Of a DNA stretch of 64,000 nucleotides, positions 12,448 through 23,097 are shown piece by piece (position 1 is the stretch's first letter; each line of letters opens with the position of its first letter). A program made the translations under genes and the position numbers. Source of the DNA: Vermamoeba vermiformis (lineage: Eukaryota). The stretch is from NCBI GenBank assembly GCA_045837725.1, contig JBEWZL010000300.1, positions 434,001-498,000 of the forward strand. The letters are read 5' to 3'. The notes under the pieces are model-generated. The model saw only the letters and a list, made by a program, of their open reading frames with translations, had not been told where the DNA came from and made no database searches.

Positions 12448-12840
12448 AAATAGCATTACTAATAAAGTGTGAATTTTGTTAATAATAACTAACACTTCAA
12501 ATTGTAATAAAATAGAACTATAAAACAATACTTCTTTATTGACATGCTTGAAGCTTGTTTGGCTCTCAATCCAGCTTGACGTTATTAATTGCGCCACGTG
12601 CCTACGGTCGTATCGATCCCCTGCCACTGAGTGCTCGTCAGCGCTTCTTCGCTCTGCATCACACGAACGTTTTCTTATGCAAAAAAGGATATCATGCCGC
12701 CAAGACTGTCCAATCACGTTCACCGAGATGATGACAAGTGACTCATGACACTTAGACGGGGGGGGAGCCCGCGAAAGCGGGACCCCGGTAGTTGCGTGGA
12801 TTTCAAATTCTTCAATCCAAATAAACCCTAAAAAATTTGT

Positions 12841-15186
12841 TTATTTCTTCTGTAATTTGTTTTTTTCAAGCTTTGGTTGTGTAAGAAAATCTTTCAAATC
12901 GTAAAAATAAGTGGCAGATTCGTTCCAAGCAATCAAAGTCTTTTCATCGTCGCTCAGATCCAAACGATAATTTTTGAGCGCCTGATCTACGGCGCAAATG
13001 GTTGCAATATAAGCCCCAGTGACGGCAGAATATACTAATATGGAAGAGGTACTAGCATAGGGCACAGCTTGTGCAATGATCAGTAGTTGGCTGGATCTGG
13101 TTGCGTGCATTGCAAAAACTTCTTCTTTGTCATCATTCCAACGGTACGGACCTTTACGCAATTCGAATCTAGAAATGATTTTTTTCTGGTAAAAATCGAT
13201 GATTATAACCTCATTTTTTGCTGCCAGCGCGATATTGCCTAAAAAGGAAAAAACGTTAATTTTGTTCGGATCCAGACATTATTTTTTAATAATTGGTATT
13301 ATATATACTTACAAGTATTCGGAATCCATTTATGAACGGGCCAGCAATCAATCACGGCTGTCATTTTTTTGGTGGTCAGATCGTAAAATCGATGTTTCTT
13401 GTCCACGATGCAATGCACGATATGATGCAGTGTCCCGTCAATATCGATCTGTTGCTCTTCAATTACCGCTCGCAAATCACGTGTTTGGTAATCAGGACGA
13501 TGAGGTCTGAAATTGTGAGCAGGAAAACTAATTGTGCCATCGCTCCATTCAATAACAAAGTTATCGCCTTTTAAAGGCCGAATCACGTGCTGTATTTACC
13601 GTTCATGAATTAGAATTAAAATTAAACTTTTTTTTTTGACTTACGAGACTTCGGTGCTTAGGAATTAAAATCAACTTTTGATTGATCTGCGAGCAATAAC
13701 AATCTTCATAAAATTTTTCTTCTGGCTTATCCTCTAAGGTGCATATATAAGAGCATCTATACTCGGAATGTTAGCGTTCAGATCCGACCAAAAAAAATAA
13801 AATAATACTAACTCGTTACAAATTTCTTTTTTCTTGGTCGATCTTCTCCATAAAACTTCTTCAGTATGCTTGCATAATATATTTAAATTCCATACGGAGA
13901 ATTGTTCGGTCTTTTCGTCTTTCTGGTAAAAAATTAATTCTAGCGCTTGGAAGCCTCAAATCGGATCTGGACTTACTAATATAGCTAATGTCTTATTAAA
14001 CGACTTTAAGGTACTCTTAGTGCTCTCGAATAGCTTTTTATAGCTCAATCGAGATTTACCTAATATATCGTAAAAATGGTGGCATCCTTGTTGGTCTGGC
14101 TGGATCCGACCTGCGTATTCTCCTAATAATACAATTACAATGATGCGTCAAAAATATTATTAATACCTATTATATGAAATGCCTCCCACATCGGAGTGAA
14201 TGCGATTTTTTTTTGTTTTAGGCAAGATCTACATCTAGCGATTAGAAAAATTGTTGAGGCGTAATTGATTACGTACGGAATATCAAAAGGTGCATATCCA
14301 TTGACTAGTAGATTGTTATTAATCACCTTTAACGATTGAATTGGATGTTCAGCGTCGGCGCGTGCTAGCACCGGGCTTGGCGCCACTCGTCTGCAATAAA
14401 AATCTCGTCAATTTCACTAAAAAATTTAATTTTATGTAATCGTACTTTTTTCTTGCATGTCTTTTTATACGATTCATCTACGCTTAGAGTTAAACACAAT
14501 GGATGTCACACGCGAAATAAAAATTAAATTAATTACCTCCTCATTCCAGTCAATACTGTCGTCTACAAATTTAATTTTTTCTGTTGATGACTTGAACTGA
14601 TCGTTAAAAATCAATCGCAACGCCGTTGGATTATTTAACGAATTTTTGAATTTTTTGTTGATCTGCTTCAAGTTGGTTAAATCAACGCCACTTAAATGCA
14701 CTAATATAAGCTCGAATAATTCGGCGGGAATATTGCTCAGATAATCTAAACATCAACAGTCAAATAATATATTAATATCGGTGACACCAAGCAAATCCAT
14801 TTGTCTGTTACCTCGCATGTTGATATTAATAGCCAGTACTCTGTAGCAATTAAAATTGCCTAACAAAACTGTTTTTCGGGGCGGGGGGGGGGGGGGGGGG
14901 GGGAGGGGGGGGGCGGGGGGCAGGGCGGCGGCCCCGGGGGACCGGGAGACGGCAGCGCGAAGTATGGTCCCGTCCCCGGCAAAATTTGTTTGGTTCCCAT
15001 TAAATTTCAGAAATGGATCGGAAAGAGCCACAACGCCTGATCGAAAAAACCAAAACAATAATTGACCTGATCTCGCTTCAAGCACACAACGTCTTTTCTT
15101 ATCGTCGCTAAGATCTCAATGGCAGGCCTGCCAAACAGAGGGCTATTCACCGAAGTAGTACCATACTAACTTCTTATCGCTGTCAT
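12841..15186 (-). CDS. F-box protein with C-terminal beta-propeller-like region
   Basis: Spliced N-terminus MTAIRSYDDKKRRCVLEARS|DYLSNIPAELFELILVHLSGVDLTNLKQINKKF is F-box-like. The C-terminal exons are beta-strand rich (ILVYSAVTGAYIATI, LDLSDDEKTLIAW). Confidence 0.65.
14878..14980 (+). repeat. Poly-G / GC-rich tract inside an F-box gene intron
   Basis: About 60 nt of near-pure G runs followed by GGGACCGGGAGACGG...GGTCCCGTCCCCGG, in an AT-rich background. Confidence 0.8.
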
Positions 15187-15344
15187 TGGAAGTCACGTGA
15201 TTTATTTATTGAGCTGCAAATCAACGACTGCAACATCGAATCGATTTCTCTTGATGCTAATACGCAACCTATTCACACCTCCGCCTATGATCGGTCCTCA
15301 AATTCTGTGACTTGAGCAGTAGTCAATCAGTTAGTACTGCGCTA

Positions 15345-16010
15345 TTAATGCTTTTCTTCTGCCACAATCTCGTCGCGAATTTTCATCCAGATCTTGCCCA
15401 GTGCATTCTCGCCGTACCACTTGCCGCGCCACACTTTCATGTTCCAATACGGGTGACCTGGTGCTGGCTCATTTGCATCACTAATACAGGTGATTATGCA
15501 TATTTCCTTATAAGGCAAAGCAGTCACGTGCCGACTTACCGATGGCCTCCGCCGTCCTCAATAATTTGTTTGCCTTGCGTAAATTTCAACAGCTTTTTAA
15601 TGCCTGGATGACACTCGACTTTGGCTCGAACTCCTGAATTCGTTACCAAATTAGGAAATTGTCATGACATAAATGCAAAGACTCGTCACGTGGGTACCTT
15701 TTTCCATGACGTCAGTTTTGATGGATGAGAATGAGGGCTGTGTATCACCCCACAACTTGATAATTAATTCTGAATGCTTCTTATTGACTCGTTTAGCGGC
15801 AAATCCATCGGGCGCGGATAAAATCTCGTTAAATGCTTGCAAAGCTTCGTTGTTTTGTTGGATGTACGGCCGCAACGGTTCAGATTGAAAATAATGCTCG
15901 ACTGATGCATATTCGTGACCATTGTATGTGAATTTGATAGGAGACATGTTTGATAAGAACTGCCATTCGGGTAATAGCAGCTTTTTTTCGATCGCACCTT
16001 CTTTTGCCAC
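15345..16010 (-). CDS. NADAR (YbiA-like) family protein; start codon unresolved
   Basis: Motifs QFLSNMSP..YASVEHYFQS, KTDVMEKG, LLKFTQGKQIIE and YW...GENALGKIWMKIRDEI; two introns. Confidence 0.8.
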
Positions 16011-16142
16011 GTGTTCGCGGAGCGTTTAATTTTCCTACGTTAACTACAAAATGACACTAAAACGAGGCAGGCATTACAACATAAGTGCACTACTCTTCTT
16101 CATTAACAAAGATCTATTTACAAGTGTTGTGAGGAATAGTTT

Positions 16143-17713
16143 TTAAAACTTGACCTCAGCGTTGTTCTCAGGCAGGCCAGAGCTCCAAGTCTTGTTGTGC
16201 ACTGGCTTGACAAGCGCAGCAATGTCATCCAACACTCGCTGCTCGTACTTGATCTGCAACGCGTCAATGTTCGAGTTCAAAATGTCAGTGCTTTGAATGC
16301 CCACGAGTGTGGTGTGCACATCAGCGGTCTTGTGCACGGCGTAGTTGACTGCCAATTGCGACACATTGATCGCGTGTTTGGCACAGTACTCGGACACTTT
16401 TTTTGCCACTATCATACATAGAGTTAGATCTCTGCTATTGGAGCTCTCGTTTGAAGCAATAGTAGAGATTGTCTTACCTTCTTTGATGTCGTTGCTGGCA
16501 GGGTGCCACTCAGGAGGTCCTTGATGCGTTAACAGACCCATTGACAAGGCGCTAGCGTTGATAACTCCAACGTTCTTAGCTTTGAAGTATGGTAGTATGG
16601 CCTGACAGAGAACCGACGTGTCAATAAGCGATCAGGTAATGACACGCAATGACACGCGTCAACTTGAGGAGTGCAAGAAATAGCCACTTACCAATAAGGA
16701 GTCATCCAACAACGTGTGGTGGCAATACGACAGCACGACGTCAACGTCGTTAGTGCGATCCAGCACGTACTTGTAGATGTGAAGTGGCAGACCGGAAATA
16801 CCGATATACTTCAACTTGCCGTGGTCGCGCAACTTTTTCAAGGCAGGAATAGCCTCGTTGATGATTTGGTCTGAAAGTCAATCGATTAGAACAGGTAGGT
16901 AAAAATGTGCGGTACATGGTTTGAAGCCCTTACCTAACGAGACAAATTCGATGTCGTGACAAAAAACCAAATCCACGTGATCTACTCCGAGCCTACCTAA
17001 GCTCTATTACTTAATTAGTATCATAATTTGCGTGCATAGGCAATGGAGATCTCCGAAAGATGTCAAATCCAAAATTAAAAAATTGGTGAAATGCAGCGTT
17101 ATTTTTAGCTTTCAGTTAACTTACTTCGTGCAAGCTTTTCGTTACTCTTTCAGCGCTAAAATCAAATTCTTTGGGTCCGTATCGTCCCACTTTGGTTGAT
17201 AAAATGTATTTTTCTCGTGGAATGCCTTTAAGTGCTTTACCGAGCATAATTTCAGATTTTGTGATGCCATAATAAGGACTAGTATCGAAGAAATTAATGC
17301 CTTTCTGAAATTAAGAAGGATTAATATTTATTCGTTGCTGAAACTCGCCTCGAAATATTGCAACGCAAACTTTAACTCTATTTTGCTCATAAAAAATATA
17401 TTAAGGTATATTACAATATTAATATAACATAATCCTCTCGATTGATCATTTTCAAGCTGAAGCAAAGTGAATGAAAAATTTTTAAAAATAAATTGAAATT
17501 GACAGTCCTCGTTTCAAGGCTATTTGTCATATGTTCTTAATTATTTAGATATAAATTCTTGATAAAAATTCCAAATCTTACTTCTATAGCTTTATGGACC
17601 GAATCTATTGCTTCTTTTTCATCAATGTCACCAAATACACCGCCTAATGGCGAGCATCCAAATCCAATCGAAGAAACCTTCAAATTAGTTCTGCCGAGTG
17701 TCCTGTACTCCAT
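16143..17713 (-). CDS. Aldo-keto reductase, L-galactose / D-arabinose 1-dehydrogenase-like
   Basis: MEYRTLGRTNLKVSSIGFGCSPLGGVFG, GINFFDTSPYYG, STKVGRYG..FDFSAERV, CHDIEF.SLDQIINEAIPAL and NASALSMGLLTHQGPPEWHPA. Confidence 0.9.
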
Positions 17714-17887
17714 GCTGAATTTTTAAATTAAATAATTAAATTTCAAATTGCTGAATTTTCTCGTGCGTGCGTTAGGAAACCTCCTTACGGTCATAATAAT
17801 TTCAAGCTTTCTACTCAATTATTATACTTTATTAACAAGACGTGCTTGTGCCTCACTACTCAACAGATGTTTGTATAATCCAGATTC

Positions 17888-19815
17888 TCATTTTCGTTTC
17901 ATAATGATAAACACTACTACACCACTCATAATGGTTAATCCAGTGACTCCGGACATAACAATAGCTACTACAGCTATAAAAATCATTAGCGCATGCCAAC
18001 ACTCTTTTGAAATTAGATTTCACTTACCACCCGGAGAAAGTTCGTTGGCATGTTGACCGGTGCATTTATAGATATTGATGTATTTGGTTCACTAGATGCT
18101 ATAAGCGCAGCAGAAGGTGCAATGGACTGAGGTGTTGAAGGAGGGAAGAGAGCTTCGCAATATTGCAGATTCTACGAAGAATTTTCATTAGACTGGCTTG
18201 GTTATGTTAGGCCTTTATCGCTATTACTCACAAAATAATAACCGTTTTGAACATCGCTGCTCATATACTCCGCTTGCGCTGGTGAGAATGCCTTCACTTG
18301 TTTGCACGACAAATACTTGAATTGTTCGGTGGTCAAGACGGCAAGCTGCGACGGTGTCATGGCACTAATAGCACTTGGGGCTAGTCCTGAAAATGCAGCA
18401 TAACGTAGTGCGGTGATAGAATCAGCTGGGAAATACGCGAATTGCTCTGCAGAAAATGCGGCAACTGTCACGTTGGTGAGGTGTTTTGAGACGTTTGGAG
18501 TGAAGTAAATCATGTCTGAAGGCTGAATCAATTGCACGAGGTCCTTACGAAGACCTTTGAATGTTTCTGGAGCAAATTGAGCCAAGACGTTGCTGTCCAA
18601 AACAGGCTGCGGATCTGGCTTCACCAACGCGAGTTGCAACCACGTGATTTGCGAGATATTTTTCGATAAATCGTTCCACGACGTTATCATTTGTACCCGG
18701 CTCGGAATCAATTCCAAGAAATCTGTTTGAGAATAAAGCGTCAACCGCCAAGTTTGACACGTGTCACCACAACGCAGGGAACTTACTCGCAGTGAAGTGC
18801 TCGCCATAAAAAGCGACTTGATCGAGAGTCCAGCGATTGGCGATTGCGAGTTGGTATTGATTTATGAGATCTCCTAGAACTTCAGGGAACAAACTGACGA
18901 ATCCCATTTGAGTCAAGTACGACAGTTGCTCCACTGAAATTGCCATGACTGTACTTCGTGGCATCCAGTTAATTATAGAAGGACCAAATCCGGCGAATGA
19001 AGGCGCTGGAATGTTTTGGATCTGTTCGACAGTGATATTCGTAAACGCGAATGAATATAGAGAACTGATGCAGTCAGCTGTAAAGCCTTGGAATGTCGTC
19101 GCAGGCACGTCTTGAACGAATTCACTCTGAAGTCCAGTACACGCACCTCCCCAATTGGCCGTTGAGAAGTGCGCAAGACATTGCTTTGTGAGACCTGGCG
19201 CAGCGCTGTTAGGCAACGAGCGGATGTGGCCACTTCGGAATCCTGCGCAAGCTGTCGGGTCTAGCGCGGCAAGTTGTGTCGCATTAACGTACATCAACGT
19301 GTCTGTGCGGGTAGCATTGATACAATCACTCGTGAACCCGCGGAAAGATGGCGGATCCATTTGTGAAACCAACGAATAGATTAAGCCCGAGCAACCACTG
19401 CTATCACCTGTTGTTGTGAGGTTTGAAAGGCACGCAGCTGTCATGTGAATACGCAAAACAGACACTTGTGCAGCAGTGAATCCAGCACATGCCGAAGGAT
19501 TCAAACGCGAAAATTGTGCGTCGGAAACACTAGTGAATGACAGATAAGGCACTGCATTAATTTTCGCAGCAACAAAACCAGGGAATGCCTACATCCAACA
19601 GATTAGATCCTCGATAGCTATTGTTTGAGTAGTCTTACCTCAGGAGGGATAATCGACATTTGAAATGCAGATAAATCCTGAAAAGCGCTAATTGGCAAGT
19701 TGCTCAGCTCGGATGCGGTAATGTTTCCCCAGCTGACAGAATCAGCGTGGATCGAAGTAGCGAGGCACAATAGTACCAAAGTCGCTGCGAATACGCTCTT
19801 CATCGTTGCCTTCAT
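17888..19815 (-). CDS. Type I cell-surface protein with Cys-containing helical repeats
   Basis: Signal peptide MKATMKSVFAATLVLLCLATSIHA; repeats such as ACAGF..., F.GFT.DCI and T..QL..L; Ser/Pro stalk; TM helix AVVAIVMSGVTGLTIMSGVVVFII followed by MKRK*. Confidence 0.7.
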
Positions 19816-20171
19816 TGCGATTTGCGAGTATTAAGATTTGACGCATTTTTCGGAGTTAGCGACTTGGTACTCGGCGTGTGATTCGTGCGACAGTTGCGAA
19901 ACACGAAACGCAGTAATAGCTGTTACGAGCAATGTTAGTTCCATGTTGCAATGTCTCTTGTTCTACTTACGAATGACAAAGCTATTTGATCATGCTGAGA
20001 TGAAAGGATCGAGCTTGCGAAGGATATTTTTGTACGTGCCCTTTATTTCGAAAATAATAAAGGGGTGGTAAATAAATAAATTCGCAAATAGTATAGCGAT
20101 CTCATTGCACATCAAAGAATGCCAACAAAATTTTCTTTGACGCTGAGATCGCATCCAAAAAAATGATGAAG

Positions 20172-21598
20172 TCAATTCAATAACCGGGCCGTCTCTGTTT
20201 GCTGGTCACTGACAGGTCTCTTCAATAGGGCTATCAGCACATAGGTTGGAATCAGCTCGCAACCCAAGAACAACAGCAAACGAGTGATGATGCTAAACAC
20301 CAGATCTGAGTTACCCTTGAGAGGCATCCAAAGCATTGCCAACGACACAAATGTGATGATTGCTCTCAGACCGAAGGCTAAAGTGCAGACTAAGGTCAAG
20401 AAACCAATCTATTGCAAAACAACCGTCAGTACACACACAAAGTCGTAGATCTAAACACGTGTGGATTCAAAAAGACGGATCGTGTGATTCGGTGATACTA
20501 CGTATCTACAATACACCCTAATACGTACCTTTCGTGTCATTAATGCACGTCTTTGTGAGATGATCGGCAATCGACCAAGCTCGTTGTAGACTCTGCGGCC
20601 GTAGATGCTAAACACCAGAGCTGCTGCCAGAGATAAGAGACCACTGTAGAGTGCCTATTAATAAGTCCATTAGGTATTATTGCGATAGGGCAATGATAGT
20701 AAAACGGCAACAGGTAAATAACGATCCACGTCCCCAATACTTTCAGACTTGATTTGTTTCTGCCTAAATTCCTGAAATTACGTACCTCCAGCGGATGAAT
20801 TATATTGACCATAATTTGCGTTGAAAAAACAAAAATCAACACGAGGAATACGACGAGGATTATGTACACAAGCACGTTCACTATTAGATAGCCTCGTTGA
20901 ACGCGCTTGATGAATGTCGTGTTTAGGTCACGTGATCGGTAATACAAGATGACCCTAATTAGGAAAGTAATGCCGGTTAGTTAATTTTAACCGAGTTTTA
21001 TAAACGGACACTTTTAGACTGCCGTTCGTAAATAAATATCTGAGCGGGCATATAGAGGATTTCGATAATATAAGGTGATTTCTATGACTATTTAAGGCTG
21101 CTTTGTTGACATACCAAAACAAGACAAGCAAGATGTAGGCTGAAAAAAAGAAATAGCCTGGCAAGGCTCCAAAAGCAATAATTAACGGGTTGACTTGTTC
21201 CACAAAACTCTCTAGTAGATAAACATGACTGCCACCAAAGAAAATGCCAATTGTCATGTTTGCGATCCGTGCTGAAAATGGATTTATCAATAACGCCGAT
21301 AAAAAAATAAGCATTTTTATCGGGCGTTGCTTACCTAATAATGGCCACGGCAACAGCACTGCTCATTGCAAAAATAAAATATTAAAATCAATTGATTTAT
21401 GAAATGGATCAGATTGTAGATCTTACTGTAGATTGCTTTAACAAGACTCCAGTGATTTTTCGTGCTCGCCTTAGTTACACGAATCATATTTACAATCGAA
21501 ATTATAAATACAATCCCGTATAAAACCAAGAGAGAGTAAAATGTCGATTTTACGGCCAACAAAACAGATGGCGACGCTAATGGTTGATATTTGTCCAT
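20172..21598 (-). CDS. Seven-TM protein, THH1/TOM1/GPR137-like (DUF1084-type)
   Basis: Multiple TM helices with motifs ALPGYFFFSAYILLVLFW, CTLAFGLRAI and CELIPTYVL; dileucine tail ETARLLN*. Confidence 0.7.
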
Positions 21599-22701
21599 AA
21601 CTCGTATCTGTGTTCGTACTACCGTTTGAGAGCCATAATAATTTTGTGATTTGTGGTCTTGATACTGTTTGTTTAGCTTGAAAATGAGACTTTTACATTT
21701 TGCCGACTTTTCGACACATTGCAAACCAAAGAAAACGTGATTTCATCGGGATTGTGCCGTTCCCAGGCAGTCTTGACATGCAGTTAGACTAATGTACGCT
21801 GAGTCATGAGAAACTAAGCTTGCATGACCAGATCCGATCGCCCCAGGTGTACACGCGACAATCTTCCGAGCTATACAATGTAAAGCGCCATAATATTGTT
21901 CGTTAATTTATTGGTACCTTCTTGCGATTTTATAAATGATACGTAACTGCCTAACACAGCTGCTTCGGTGAATTTAGCGACTGATTTCACCGCGTGACAT
22001 GTCCGTTCCGATTTTAGCAATAGGTATATCATTTGCACATAGCGTGCAACTCAATCGGACCACTTTACTTTGGACTGAACTTCCTCTTGTTGGCCAGCAC
22101 GCAGTGACAAAGTTCAGCCTCCTTGCCCATCAGCGACCGGGGTTGTTCAAGAGAGCAGATGTGTTTCCTCCAAAGCTAGACTAGAGTACGAATGTAAATA
22201 AGGTTACCATGTACCTTTACTAGCACGAGCAAGATTTTCATTTGCGAGAACGAACGGGGTGCTAAGTTGTTGTCGGGTTGTTTTTCGTTCGTACATCTGC
22301 CTCGACTGTTCATGGCTTCCTTTAGAGTAGATTTCGCATTTATTACGTGCATAATATTGTTGCTAGTTAAGAGAAGATTAAGGCAACTCAGCAGTACGTG
22401 CGTATATGAATAATTATTCATAATTACAACGGTTACTTTTAATTTTGAAAATATCGTTGAAAAATGCAGAAAATTGTATCTACTTGCGAGAATAAATGCA
22501 CGTCATTGTATAGATATTATTGTGCTTGTTACCAAGTCGCAGCGAGCACTCAACCTGCTCGGCAACCCATCGGTTCCGACAAATCCGTCCTCGACACGGA
22601 GACTACCTACGCTAACGAGAGTAAAAGAAGTAATTATACGTGGTACTTGTAATTTGTGGTTGAAGTCTCGGGCGTAAAACTGAAAATCTCGTGACCCGAA
22701 A

Positions 22702-22927
22702 GGGAGGCGTATAACTTCCGTCGGTTTTGAAAAAAAACCTACATTATTTTTAAGACCTACGCCGCGTCGGTTTGTAGGTTTTTTAAATTTTGATCCAAGG
22801 CTCAGTAGCATCCCCATGGTCCATACGGCCTATTTCCGGTTTGGGTAAAACCTACAAACCGACCCGGCGTCGGTCCTCAAAATAATGTAGGTTTTTTTCT
22901 AAGACCGACGGAACTTATACGCCTCCC
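22702..22927. mobile_element. 226-bp MITE with long TIRs and 8-bp target site duplication
   Basis: About 80-bp imperfect TIRs beginning GGGAGGCGTATAA and ending TTATACGCCTCCC; direct repeat ACCCGAAA at 22694-22701 and 22928-22935. Confidence 0.9.
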
Positions 22928-23097
22928 ACCCGAAAGGTCGGCTAAAAAGTGTATTGATCCGAATTGATATTTTTGTCGATTGTCAATTGAAGTCGCAACA
23001 ACTTGTAAGGATTTATCGTATACAATATACATACTCGTATGTTGCTTGGTTGGAATTGTTTCTTATTGTTTTAATAACAGATCGGACAAACTTCACG

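Noticed and set aside
14753-15085. Poly-Pro and poly-Gly ORFs in the ORF track
   Set aside because: They are translations of the intronic G/C tract in the F-box gene and have no supporting gene structure.
17820-17890. Possible UGA read-through or reassignment (KRK*ESGLYKHLL...; also the TGA in eS30-like copy 2)
   Set aside because: TGA serves as a normal stop at 20172 and Trp is encoded by TGG in conserved motifs. A short tail or a homopolymer indel explains this case.
21760-22680. Coding-like intergenic stretch with several short ORFs
   Set aside because: I could not build a consistent spliced model or recognise any motif.
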